The notes under the pieces are model-generated. The model saw only the letters and a list, made by a program, of their open reading frames with translations. It ran no database searches and was not told the origin of the DNA. 60,369 nucleotides of DNA from Sunxiuqinia sp. (GTDB lineage: Bacteria > Bacteroidota > Bacteroidia > Bacteroidales > Prolixibacteraceae): positions 1-60,369 of the forward strand of contig QKCF01000393.1 of the NCBI GenBank assembly GCA_003246935.1, written 5' to 3'. The number at the start of each line of letters is the position of its first letter. Position 1 is the stretch's first letter. The position numbers and the translations under genes were made by a program. Below, one piece after another: positions 51,042 to 60,369 of the stretch.

Positions 51042-52275
51042 CTACTGTCCGCTTACAAATTTCTTGATAACTGCATTTCCAAGTGTGATGAATTCATCGC
51101 GCTTATCCACTTTTGCTTTGCCGTTCTTAGCCAGATACCCCATTTGTCCCTTCGATTTTAGATACTGGTGAGCTGCAATAACGCAAGCCCCCTCATAACC
51201 TATTTTTTTCATAGCAGGACTTAACTCTTTACCATCACCTCCATATACGGTAATAGGGTCTAGCTGAGGCGTGTTATGCTCTGTTCCGAAGGTAACAACA
51301 AAGCCCCGATCATTGAAGAAATTAACGAACTCACCCAGAATCTCAGGCTTATTTCGGCCAGGAATAAGCTCCAGCATATAAACATCTTTAGCAACCAGTT
51401 GCTCATAGAGTTTTTCGTAGTCACCTTCAAAGTCGGTGAACTCACCTTTCGGGTTATCAAGCAATACCGGATAACAAGGAATGCCACCAGCCTGAATAAT
51501 AAGCTCTTTTACCTGCTCCAGACTCAGGAAAGCTTTGTCGTCTTCAGGCACGAAAGCCCGTCCACCTGATTTTAATAAATTACCCCGGATTTCATTTTCC
51601 AGTCCGGCAAAATCACTCATTGCCGATTTAGGCTCTTTACCTGAGAACAGTTTTGCGAAAAATGCCTTTTGCTCCTCTTCGGAAGGGAATTTCCCAACTA
51701 CCGCTTCGCGCAGTGCTTTAGCGATATGCCTTTCTCTCAACAGATTTTTGGCATATTGAGCTTTCATTTCCTCGAACGTAAATGAAAATCCGGCATTCAG
51801 CTCTTCGAGAAAAGTATTCAGTTTTTCGATCATCTGCGCAGTTTGCCGGTTACTTTCATCCTGCACCTGAAACAGTCGGGCAATCATATCGGCATTCAAC
51901 CGGACCGGATAGCGTAATCCTTTCCCGCTGAAATAAGTTCGTCCCGGATTATTGGGATCATTTACCCGAACTCCGACAGCCTGCAAATCTTTTTGCAGAC
52001 TCATAAATTCGATATTAAACAGTGGAAAGATGAGCCGTTGCTTTGCCAAGGTGTTAAACTCACCGTAACCATCGGTTGTGTAGAAATCGTTTATCCCTAA
52101 CACCTGTACTTTCTCCTCCTGAGCCATATTAAATGGCTGAACGATTTGCGAAAAAGCGCTGAAAGAATACGGTGTATGAAAATGCCCGTTGACTTGAAGA
52201 ATGTCCTGATTGAAATCCCTCGCCATTGCCAATCTGCTCCGGCTTCGGGTATTTTGCAAATACAGAAGTCGCCAT
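51042..52275 (-). CDS. PHP-domain metallophosphoesterase-like protein (5' end possibly frameshifted)
   Basis: HFHTPYSFS, GINDF, NIE, RERH, GTEHN; in-frame starts at 52259 (TTG) and 52226 (ATG), better-context ATG at 52275 is out of frame. Confidence 0.75.
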
Positions 52276-52439
52276 AAGTTTGATTTTTAGTATTGTATCG
52301 GTTTCGGTTTGTCTTACAATATTAACAAATCAAAGCCGGATAGCTATCCTTGGGTGTCCTGCTTTAGAAACACAATGCCTAAAAACAAACAGTGGCGCCT
52401 TTAAAAAAAGACACCACTGTTGATTTTCCCCATAATCTA

Positions 52440-53459
52440 TTAATTATTTGCACAATAGTGCTCGATCGAATCTAAATACATCGCCTTCTCTACTTCCGAC
52501 AAAAAACTACCTTCAAATGAATTCCGAGCCAACTGAGCTAACTCTGCTTTATTCAACAACAAGGCATTAGCCACTGCTTTGAAATTTTCGTTGATATATC
52601 CACCGAAGTAAGCCGGATCATCTGAGTTAACAGTCACCACCAAACCTTTATGCAACATTTTCTTTAACGGATGCTCTTCCATATTTCTAACAACCTGCAA
52701 TGCTTTATTGGACAAAGGACATAATGTTAACGGAATACGACGTTCGTTTAGGGCGTCCATCAAATGGTCATCCTGAATAGATGCATTACCATGATCAATT
52801 CGATTCACCTTGAGTAACTCAATCGCTTCGCGCACATAGTCTTCCGTTCCTTCTTCGCCTGCGTGAGCCACCAGCTTAAACCCTTCTGTTCTTGCCTTTG
52901 CAAAAACATCGGCAAACTTAGAGGGAGGATTCCCCTTTTCCGACGAATCCAAACCAACTGCGACAATCTGATCTTTATAAGGCAAAGCCTGCTCCAGTGT
53001 CCGAAATGCGGACAATTCAACAAGGTGACGCAGAAAACACATAATCAAGCTAGAAGAGATACCTAACTTTTCGCGACCATCCTTTAATGCTTTTGAAATT
53101 CCTTGAAAAACTGTTCCAAATTGAATGCCGCGACTAGTGTGCGTTTGCGGATCAAAAAAGATCTCAGCATGAACAATCCCATCTTCCTTCGCCCTGTTCA
53201 GATATGCCCAGGTTAAATCGTAGAAATCCTGTTCGGTTTGAAGGACATTGGCTCCGGCATAATATATATCCAGAAAATCCTGCAGCTTCGTGAATGAATA
53301 AGCTTTCTTCAATGCCTCAACGGTTGGGTATTTTAATTGGATCTTATTTCGAATTGCTAACTCAAACAACAACTCAGGCTCCAACGTACCTTCTATATGA
53401 ACGTGTAATTCAGCTTTTGGTAAGCCTTTAATAAACTCTGATAATATTGATTTTGCCAT
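52440..53459 (-). CDS. add: Adenosine/adenine deaminase
   Basis: [31 protein letters not shown]; start placed at second Met (track start 53498). Confidence 0.92.
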   Translation of the reverse strand: MAKSILSEFIKGLPKAELHVHIEGTLEPELLFELAIRNKIQLKYPTVEALKKAYSFTKLQDFLDIYYAGANVLQTEQDFYDLTWAYLNRAKEDGIVHAEIFFDPQTHTSRGIQFGTVFQGISKALKDGREKLGISSSLIMCFLRHLVELSAFRTLEQALPYKDQIVAVGLDSSEKGNPPSKFADVFAKARTEGFKLVAHAGEEGTEDYVREAIELLKVNRIDHGNASIQDDHLMDALNERRIPLTLCPLSNKALQVVRNMEEHPLKKMLHKGLVVTVNSDDPAYFGGYINENFKAVANALLLNKAELAQLARNSFEGSFLSEVEKAMYLDSIEHYCANN

Positions 53460-53563
53460 AAATGAATATTTGCGACAAAGTTCTGCATTCTTTTTCATTC
53501 AAAATGAAGACAAAAATCAGTTTATCAGACGAATTCGCATTCAAGCCCCAAAGAATCTGCCAT

Positions 53564-53591
53564 AAAAAAAGCCGGCTTATATTCCGGCTTT
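53564..53591 (-). terminator. Intrinsic terminator
   Basis: AAAGCCGG / CCGGCTTT with U-run on minus strand. Confidence 0.75.
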
Positions 53592-53626
53592 CATTTAGTT
53601 CTATTTATCAATCCTAGTTAATTTCG

Positions 53627-54166
53627 CTATTCATCCTTTTTTGATTGTCCTTTGAAATAATCATCCTTCTCCGCAAACAATACGTTAAATGTCGTCAGAC
53701 TACCGTAAGCACGGGTAATATATTGTTGTAACTGCACTTTATCCTGATCATCAAGCTTTGGATGACTATTGATATTTTGCTCGAGCACGCGCAGGCGATC
53801 GCGCAACATAACTATTTTATGAAAAAAAGTCTCGATTGGTACCTCTTTGCACTGTAGCTCGGCATTTGCAGGTTTCATCTCCAACAGTCCGCCCTTCCAT
53901 TTATCAGCAATCTTAGCAACATGCGTTATTCCCTGGTACTTATCGAGTACATAAGCCAATGCTTTTTCTACCTCCAAGAGTGTCAGTCCTTCCCTTGGTT
54001 CTTGCTCCGGAGAACTCAGAATCTCCAAGTCGGCATTATACTTAGTCAGTTCCATTTTACCACCGCGTTCAAAAAAAATCTCATAAATGGTCAGATGGGA
54101 ACGACTTACAATCCCCTCGCCGTACACCGAGTGCTTAACCCGCGTTCCAATAGCCAGATCTTCCAT
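53627..54166 (-). CDS. Conserved hypothetical protein
   Basis: 179-aa ORF; N-terminal G-x-RV-x-H-x-x-YGEG (Tudor/SH3-like); C-terminal FFHKIVMLRDRLRVLEQ. Confidence 0.75.
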   Translation of the reverse strand: MEDLAIGTRVKHSVYGEGIVSRSHLTIYEIFFERGGKMELTKYNADLEILSSPEQEPREGLTLLEVEKALAYVLDKYQGITHVAKIADKWKGGLLEMKPANAELQCKEVPIETFFHKIVMLRDRLRVLEQNINSHPKLDDQDKVQLQQYITRAYGSLTTFNVLFAEKDDYFKGQSKKDE

Positions 54167-54217
54167 CAGTTTTTGTTTTAAAAGGTTTTAGTTGAAAGAT
54201 ACAAAAAGGAATCAGAT

Positions 54218-54793
54218 TTATTCACTTTCCTCGTCTTTTAGCAATAGCTCTTCGATCACCTTGGGATAGTGTTCATACTCTAACTGATGAATACGCTCTG
54301 CCAATGAGTCTGCGGTGTCGCTGGCTAAAACAGGGCACTTAGCCTGAAAGATGACACTTCCTGAGTCGTAGTTCTCATTAACGAAGTGTATTGTAATACC
54401 GCTCTCTTTTTCCTTCTTATTAATAACGGCCTCATGAACGAATTTGCCATACATCCCCTTACCTCCGAATTTTGGAAGTAGAGCCGGGTGAATATTAACG
54501 GTTATGAATTCGCTGGTTAAATTAGATGGTAACAACCACAAAAAACCTGCTAGCACGATCATATCAATTTTACGATCGCTCAACTCTTCGAGCACATCAA
54601 TACTGTGATACAACTCATCCCGATCGAAGGTAAATGTTTCAACTCCCAGTTTTTCCGCTCGAATAAGCGCGTAAGCCTCCTCATTATTAGACCATAAGGA
54701 GTCGACTGTTACATCACGGCTATTTTTAAAATACTCGATTATATTTTGTGCATTAGTGCCTGATCCTGAAGCAAAAATGGCAATTCTCTTCAT
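54218..54793 (-). CDS. purN: Phosphoribosylglycinamide formyltransferase
   Basis: FASGSGTN, LAGF, NIHPALLP, GITIHFV-x-x-x-YD-x-G. Confidence 0.96.
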   Translation of the reverse strand: MKRIAIFASGSGTNAQNIIEYFKNSRDVTVDSLWSNNEEAYALIRAEKLGVETFTFDRDELYHSIDVLEELSDRKIDMIVLAGFLWLLPSNLTSEFITVNIHPALLPKFGGKGMYGKFVHEAVINKKEKESGITIHFVNENYDSGSVIFQAKCPVLASDTADSLAERIHQLEYEHYPKVIEELLLKDEESE

Positions 54794-54980
54794 ACTCTGC
54801 GATCTTAATTTATTTTTTTGAACTTTAGACTATCTTGTTCAATTATAGTTTGATTTCTATCTAATTAGCTGGCAAAACCAGCGATTTATTTCAATTTTAT
54901 TTTGAAATATTTTGGGTAAATTTATTACTTTGCACCGATTTTTTAAAAACAAAATTGAATATTAACTTAAAATTAGAACT

Positions 54981-55217
54981 ATGTCTGACATTGCATCTAA
55001 AGTAAAAGCAATTATTGTCGACAAATTGGGCGTTGACGAAAGCGAAGTTACCACTGAAGCTTCTTTCACAAATGATCTTGGCGCAGATTCATTGGATACT
55101 GTAGAATTGATCATGGAATTCGAAAAAGAATTTGATTTGGCTATCCCAGACGATCAGGCTGAAAAAATCTCGACTGTAGGCGAAGCTATCGCTCACATCG
55201 AAGCAAACAAAAAGTAA
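54981..55217 (+). CDS. acpP: Acyl carrier protein
   Basis: [12 protein letters not shown]. Confidence 0.98.
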   Translation: MSDIASKVKAIIVDKLGVDESEVTTEASFTNDLGADSLDTVELIMEFEKEFDLAIPDDQAEKISTVGEAIAHIEANKK

Positions 55218-55236
55218 TAAATCAGAACAAAATTTT

Positions 55237-56478
55237 ATGGAATTTAAACGGGTAGTTATTACCGGACTTGGAACCGTAAACCCGCTTGGTAATTCTGTAC
55301 AGGAATATTGGGAAGGGCTAAAAAGTGGGGCTAATGGTTGTGCTCGCATCACGAGAATGGATGTGGAACTTCACAAAACCCAATTTGCATGTGAGTTGAA
55401 AAACTTTGACCCAACGGTTTACGTTGACAAAAAGGAGGTTCGTAAAAACGACCCTTATACACTCTATGCATTTGCAGCGTCACAACAAGCTATTGACGAT
55501 TCAGGTCTTGACCTGGAAACACTCAATAAAGACCGTGCAGGAGTAATTTGGGGCGCAGGAATTGGTGGTTTGCAAACTTTCTACGAAGAAGTTAAAGCTT
55601 ACGACCTGTCTCGTCCTAAGTTTAACCCTTACTTTATTCCGAAAATGATTGCGAACATAGCTGGTGGATTAATGTCTATCCGCTATGGTTTCCGCGGTCC
55701 GAATTTCACAACTGTAACTGCTTGTGCATCTGCATCACACGCGATGATTGAAGCTTTCAATTATATCCGCATGGGTAAAGCAGACGTATTTATTACAGGA
55801 GGTTCGGAAGCAGCAATCAACGAAGCTGGTTTAGCAGGTTTCAATTCGATGCGTGCACTTTCAACACGTAATGACGATCCGGCAACTGCATCTCGTCCTT
55901 TCGACAAGGATCGCGATGGATTTGTAATGGGCGAAGGAGCTGGTGCTCTTATTTTCGAAGAGTACGAACATGCCATTGCCCGCGGAGCAAAAATTTACGC
56001 TGAATTTGTAGGTGGAGGGATGTCGGCAGACGCCTACCATATGACTGCCCCTGATCCAGATGGTAAAGGTGCTGCTTTGGTTATGAAATGGGCCTTAGAA
56101 GATGCTGGTATTAAACCTGAAGACATTGACTATATCAATGTTCATGGCACCTCAACTCCTCTTGGAGATATTGCGGAACCCAAAGCAATTCAAGCATGTT
56201 TTGGTGATCACGCCTATAAATTGAGCATTAGTTCCACAAAGTCAATGACTGGTCACCTTTTAGGTGCTGCTGGTGCTGTTGAAGCAATTGCTTCAATCTT
56301 GGCTATGCAAAATGGAATTATCCCTCCAACTATCAACCATTTTACCGATGATCCTGAGATCGATCCAAAACTCGATTTCACTTTCAACGTAGCGAAAGAA
56401 CGTGAAGTAAAATACGCTCTTAGCAACACATTTGGTTTCGGAGGTCACAATGCTTCAGTAATTTTAAAGAAATACTGA
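55237..56478 (+). CDS. fabF: 3-oxoacyl-ACP synthase II
   Basis: TACAS, HGTST, GHLLGAAG, NTFGFGGHN. Confidence 0.97.
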   Translation: MEFKRVVITGLGTVNPLGNSVQEYWEGLKSGANGCARITRMDVELHKTQFACELKNFDPTVYVDKKEVRKNDPYTLYAFAASQQAIDDSGLDLETLNKDRAGVIWGAGIGGLQTFYEEVKAYDLSRPKFNPYFIPKMIANIAGGLMSIRYGFRGPNFTTVTACASASHAMIEAFNYIRMGKADVFITGGSEAAINEAGLAGFNSMRALSTRNDDPATASRPFDKDRDGFVMGEGAGALIFEEYEHAIARGAKIYAEFVGGGMSADAYHMTAPDPDGKGAALVMKWALEDAGIKPEDIDYINVHGTSTPLGDIAEPKAIQACFGDHAYKLSISSTKSMTGHLLGAAGAVEAIASILAMQNGIIPPTINHFTDDPEIDPKLDFTFNVAKEREVKYALSNTFGFGGHNASVILKKY

Positions 56479-56482
56479 TAAC

Positions 56483-57229
56483 GTGATACGATCATTCGTA
56501 CAAAAAATAAAACTCTTTTCAACTCCACGAAAAGAGTTTTATTTGTTTTTAAAATCGTTGTTCGGTCTATCCCCCAACAACTTAAACTTATATGAGACTG
56601 CCCTTACGCATAAGTCGGCTTCAAAAATTGATTCTCAGGGAAACATGGTAAACAATGAACGACTCGAGTATTTAGGTGATGCCATACTCGGCTCCATCAT
56701 TGCTGAATTCCTATACAATCGTTTCCCAAATCAGGATGAAGGTTTTCTAACACAAATGCGTTCAAAATTGGTAAACCGAAGCTTCTTAACAGAGCTTACT
56801 TACCAGATTGGACTGAACACCTTCATCAAGTCGAATACTAACAACACTGCCGAGAATAGTCATATTTACGGGGATGCTTTTGAAGCTATTATTGGTGCAC
56901 TTTATCTAGACAAAGGCTATAAAGACACGAAGGAATTTATTACGAAAAAGATCCTTCCGAATTATGTCGATCTTAATCAAGTACAGCACACCAATACTAA
57001 CTTTAAGAGCCAGTTAATTGAGTGGAGCCAAAAGCACAAAAAAGAGATTAACTTTGAAACGACAGAACATCTTGCCGGAGACAGTAAGAATCCAAGCTTC
57101 ATCACGGTGATTTCGTCAGATGGCGTAGCGATTGGGAAGGGCGAAGGAAACTCCAAAAAAGAGTCCCAGCAGAATGCTTCGCGGCAAGCAATCAATCATC
57201 TGAAAAAGACAGGAAACGGGGAGTTTTAA
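56483..57229 (+). CDS. rnc: Ribonuclease III
   Basis: NERLEYLGDAIL, DAFEAIIGA, dsRBD NFKSQL...SKKESQQ. Confidence 0.96.
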   Translation: MIRSFVQKIKLFSTPRKEFYLFLKSLFGLSPNNLNLYETALTHKSASKIDSQGNMVNNERLEYLGDAILGSIIAEFLYNRFPNQDEGFLTQMRSKLVNRSFLTELTYQIGLNTFIKSNTNNTAENSHIYGDAFEAIIGALYLDKGYKDTKEFITKKILPNYVDLNQVQHTNTNFKSQLIEWSQKHKKEINFETTEHLAGDSKNPSFITVISSDGVAIGKGEGNSKKESQQNASRQAINHLKKTGNGEF

Positions 57230-57239
57230 CCGGGTCTGT

Positions 57240-57351
57240 AAAAAGAATTAGCGGGATCCTCTGACCCCGCTAAACCAAAACCTAAATTCACCTTGTTAAA
57301 ACTCAGTTAAACCCCAATTTGTAAAAAGAAAATTGTTATTTGCTTTTCACA
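57240..57351 (-). ncRNA. Candidate ~110-nt small RNA divergent from the sensor kinase
   Basis: Minus-strand TATCTTTG at 57363-57356; TTAGCGGG / CCCGCTAA hairpin with U-tail on minus strand at 57240-57273; no ORF. Confidence 0.5.
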
Positions 57352-57384
57352 CTTTCAAAGATAGGCATTCATGACATGCGAACT

Positions 57385-57510
57385 TGTAAAGAAATGTTAA
57401 AGCCTGTTAACGACTTTAAGCGCCTGAAAAACTATTCAATACGCAGATTCTCAACCTGTGTTAAATTGTGTTAAGTAGCGATTTCACCCAACCATAAAAA
57501 GTTATCTTTG
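57385..57510 (+). promoter_or_regulatory. Sensor-kinase promoter with 10-bp-phased TGTTAA direct repeats
   Basis: TGTAAA 57385, TGTTAA 57395 and 57405; TGTGTTAA 57457 and 57467; -7 element TATCTTTG 57503-57510. Confidence 0.55.
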
Positions 57511-57515
57511 CGAAC

Positions 57516-59114
57516 ATGAGCAAAAAGATCATCATAAGCCTGATAGTATTAATGGCCTTGGTTATGACCAGTCTGATTCTGGTGCAATCCAGCTCCATCA
57601 AAAAAGCTTTTGATATCCGCGAGGAACAATTTGACCAGATTGTTTCCCGAGCACTGAAAGAAGTGATTGATAAAATTGAAGCCGAAGAAATGGCAACAAT
57701 CTCCCAGGACCCTTACACTGCGCGAAATTCGATGTTCCCAAGTACGCGAAGCAGCATATCCTTCGGAAGTTCAGGAAGCCAAAGAATAAGTCTTTCTGCT
57801 GAGTTTTCGAAAAGAAACGGTCTGGGGGCTATTACCGAAAAATATGTGATCACCGGTGCCGATACAGCCACCAACGAGCGCGGTCGTCCAGGCGACTTTC
57901 CGTCTGCCTTCGATGAGATTCACGACGCCGATAACTTTATAATACAGCGGTGGTACGAAAAACAACGGGAATTAGCCTCCATGTGGCGGAACACACTCAA
58001 TAAGGAACTATTATCTGCTCTGCCATTAAAAGAAAGGATCGACCAGCAACAACTGGAACATTTACTCAGCACAGAATTAAAAGCGAGTGGAATTAACTTG
58101 GACTTCAGGTATGCTGTCAAATCATTTCCTGCAGGTGAAGAACAATTAGTATTTGGCAGCAAAGGCTATAATCCGGAGAAACGCAAGGAATACTGGGGAC
58201 TCCTGTTCCCTCGCGACAATAATCTCAAAGCCAACTACCTGCGGGTTTATTTTCCGAAGCGAGATACCTTCCTGCTTAAGACAACGGGCTACATGGTTAT
58301 TCCTACGGCGATTCTGACATTTATGCTTATTGCCATTTTCGTGTATACGATCATGATCATTCTGAAACAGAAGAAGCTGTCGATCATCAAAAATGACTTC
58401 ATCAACAACATGACGCATGAGCTGAAAACACCGATATCAACAATCTCACTTGCCAGCCAAATGCTGCATGACAATAGTGTTTCAAACACGCCAAAGACCA
58501 TCGAGCATATTTCCAGCGTAATTTTACAAGAAAGTAAACGACTGAGCTTTCAGGTTGAGAAAGTGCTTCAAATGGCAATTTTCAACGAAGGACGATTGAA
58601 GCTTAAGTTTAAAGAATTCCACTTTAATGATCTAATCAGCAACGTAATTCTTAACTTTGAGCTACGCGTCAAAAATAAGGGCGGTAAATTAGGAGCTGAG
58701 TTGCTGGCGGAACAGGATTTCATAAAAGGGGATGAAGTACACGTTACCAATGTTATTTTTAACCTGTTGGATAACGCTGTAAAGTACAGCAAAGAGCAAC
58801 CCGAAATTTCAATTAAAACTGAAAATAAAGGGAATTACCTGCTGGTTTCCGTTAGGGACAATGGCATCGGTATCCCGAAAGAACATATTGATCAAATTTT
58901 TGAACGATTTTTCCGTGTTCCGACAGGAAATGTGCACGACGTGAAAGGCTTCGGACTAGGACTGAGCTACGTCAAAAAAATTATTGATGCACACCAAGGG
59001 AAAATCAAAGTAGAAAGTGTTGTTAATAAGGGAACAAAATTTATTCTTTACTTCCCGCTTAATTTGAAAGAAGATGGAAACAAAAGCAAAACTTTTATTA
59101 GCCGAAGACGATGA
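57516..59114 (+). CDS. rprX: Sensor histidine kinase, RprX-like
   Basis: Two TM segments, KNDFINNMTHELKTP, NLLDNAVKY, DNGIG, HDVKGFGLGL. Confidence 0.88.
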   Translation: MSKKIIISLIVLMALVMTSLILVQSSSIKKAFDIREEQFDQIVSRALKEVIDKIEAEEMATISQDPYTARNSMFPSTRSSISFGSSGSQRISLSAEFSKRNGLGAITEKYVITGADTATNERGRPGDFPSAFDEIHDADNFIIQRWYEKQRELASMWRNTLNKELLSALPLKERIDQQQLEHLLSTELKASGINLDFRYAVKSFPAGEEQLVFGSKGYNPEKRKEYWGLLFPRDNNLKANYLRVYFPKRDTFLLKTTGYMVIPTAILTFMLIAIFVYTIMIILKQKKLSIIKNDFINNMTHELKTPISTISLASQMLHDNSVSNTPKTIEHISSVILQESKRLSFQVEKVLQMAIFNEGRLKLKFKEFHFNDLISNVILNFELRVKNKGGKLGAELLAEQDFIKGDEVHVTNVIFNLLDNAVKYSKEQPEISIKTENKGNYLLVSVRDNGIGIPKEHIDQIFERFFRVPTGNVHDVKGFGLGLSYVKKIIDAHQGKIKVESVVNKGTKFILYFPLNLKEDGNKSKTFISRRR

Positions 59115-59754
59115 AAACCTCGGGATTGCAAAAGGATTCGACACTGACCTGTTTGGTGACGGAGAATTAGCTTATACTGGCTTTAAAAAGAACGAATACA
59201 ACATTTGCGTACTGGATATCATGATGCCAAAGAAAGATGGTATTTCGCTGGCTCGCGACATTCGCCTAATCAACCAAAATGTACCTATCATTTTCCTCTC
59301 AGCTAAAAATCTGAAAGAAGATGTACTCGAAGGTTTCCGGACCGGAGCTGACGATTACATCACAAAGCCATTCAGTATGGAAGAATTAATCTTCCGGATT
59401 GAAGCGATTTTAAGAAGAACAACGCAGGAGGCAAACAGCACGGGAGGCGAACAAAACGTATTCAAATTGGGACGTTTTACCTTTGATCCGCGCAAACAGA
59501 TATTAACCAACGAGGAAAAAGACGAACAAGTAAAACTAACCACGAAAGAGTCGGAATTATTACGTTTGCTATGCAACAACGCTAACAAAGTTTTGGAACG
59601 TAATTTTGCATTAAAAACCATCTGGATTGACGACAACTATTTCAATGCAAGAAGCATGGACGTATATATTACGAAGTTGCGTAAACACTTAAAAGAAGAA
59701 ACCTCCGTTGAAATTATCAACGTCCATGGAAAAGGTTATAAACTGATCGTTTAA
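59074..59754 (+). CDS. rprY: OmpR-family response regulator, RprY-like (apparent short in-frame deletion in helix 1)
   Basis: AEDD, LDIMMP, GADDYITKPF, YFNARSMDVYITKLRK, HGKGYKL. Confidence 0.9.
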   Translation: METKAKLLLAEDDENLGIAKGFDTDLFGDGELAYTGFKKNEYNICVLDIMMPKKDGISLARDIRLINQNVPIIFLSAKNLKEDVLEGFRTGADDYITKPFSMEELIFRIEAILRRTTQEANSTGGEQNVFKLGRFTFDPRKQILTNEEKDEQVKLTTKESELLRLLCNNANKVLERNFALKTIWIDDNYFNARSMDVYITKLRKHLKEETSVEIINVHGKGYKLIV

Positions 59755-59777
59755 GATTCAACTATCATAACACGATT

Positions 59778-59803
59778 AATCCCGGAGCCCATCCGGGATT
59801 TTT
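59778..59803 (+). terminator. Terminator after response regulator
   Basis: AATCCCGGA / TCCGGGATT + T-run. Confidence 0.8.
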
Positions 59804-59807
59804 CATT

Positions 59808-60369
59808 TTAAGACTTATCATCTTTACCAAAGACATTGAACACCCCCGGAATTTGTTCTGAACGCCCCATAATGTATACAATATCGTTTTGCTGAAGGCA
59901 TTGTTTTGCGTCAGGATGTTCTATCAACTTATCTTCCCTCAACACCGCAATTAGAGTTACATCATATACTTTCCTAAACTGAATCTCCTTGATCGTTTTT
60001 CCAACAACATCCGATCCCTCCCGAACTCTCAGAGCAACAATATCCAAATTTGGCAACTCCTTGAATATTTGGTTCGAGTTATCGCTTTCATCTCTAAAAA
60101 TTCCATAATGATCGTCCCTGATCTTCGCAATCATGCGATTAATTTCACGACGAGGAACCAACCTTTTATTCAGTACCTTTTCAAACAAATCAATAGCAGT
60201 TTCAAACTCTTCGGGAATGACTTCGTTCGCACCATTCTTATAAAGTTCTTCGACATCGAAAACATGCTTGGTTCGAACGATAATGTGAACATGCGGATTA
60301 AGTGCTCGGATTTTCTCAATAATCGACATTGCAATAACCAAATTGCCAACCGAAATAACAACAACATCT
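59808..60369 (-). CDS. C-terminal TrkA-N/TrkA-C part of a probable CPA2 cation:proton antiporter, 5' end outside window
   Basis: IIVRT, GANEVIPEEFET, then GKTIKE...LIAVLR...HPDA...LQQND RCK-C motif. Confidence 0.8.
   Translation of the reverse strand, partial: DVVVISVGNLVIAMSIIEKIRALNPHVHIIVRTKHVFDVEELYKNGANEVIPEEFETAIDLFEKVLNKRLVPRREINRMIAKIRDDHYGIFRDESDNSNQIFKELPNLDIVALRVREGSDVVGKTIKEIQFRKVYDVTLIAVLREDKLIEHPDAKQCLQQNDIVYIMGRSEQIPGVFNVFGKDDKS

Overview
Core-genome-like window with no phage, IS, integrase or CRISPR array. It is from a Bacteroidota bacterium: TAnnTTTG -7 promoters, A-rich starts without Shine-Dalgarno sequences, porQ-cmk-ispH order and a T9SS cargo protein. Gene content suggests an anaerobic Prolixibacteraceae/Marinilabiliales-like organism (inference). 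Left to right: (1) a sulfur-respiration island, psrABC-like operon + two YeeE/YedE + rhodanese-like protein, divergent from a Rieske protein and a cytochrome b fused to a ~12-heme cytochrome c, then mobA; (2) an envelope module of an ECF sigma factor, a coiled-coil lipoprotein and three YkuD-type L,D-transpeptidase proteins (one ErfK-like, one YafK/DpaA-like, one apparently catalytically dead), with two matching ECF-type promoters visible; (3) tRNA-His, a DMT transporter, a CxxC/RGPP leader ORF before a TonB-dependent receptor; (4) housekeeping porQ-cmk-ispH, pfkA, priA, parAB, mltD-like, SGNH + MBOAT; (5) an 11 x 21-bp palindromic tandem array; (6) MscS + degenerate P-loop protein, sucCD, a T9SS-secreted serine protease; (7) a PTS-less hexitol-phosphate operon (PHP, class II aldolase-SrlD fusion, SorE-like, FSA-like); (8) add, purN, acpP-fabF-rnc, a candidate sRNA, rprXY-like two-component system and a truncated CPA2 antiporter. 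Four genes carry apparent short deletions, probably assembly errors. Best candidates for an undescribed system are the ECF-controlled lipoprotein/L,D-transpeptidase module (possible Braun-lipoprotein-like tether) and the Rieske/cytochrome b-multiheme fusion beside the Psr operon. All product calls come from motif recognition by eye; no searches were run.
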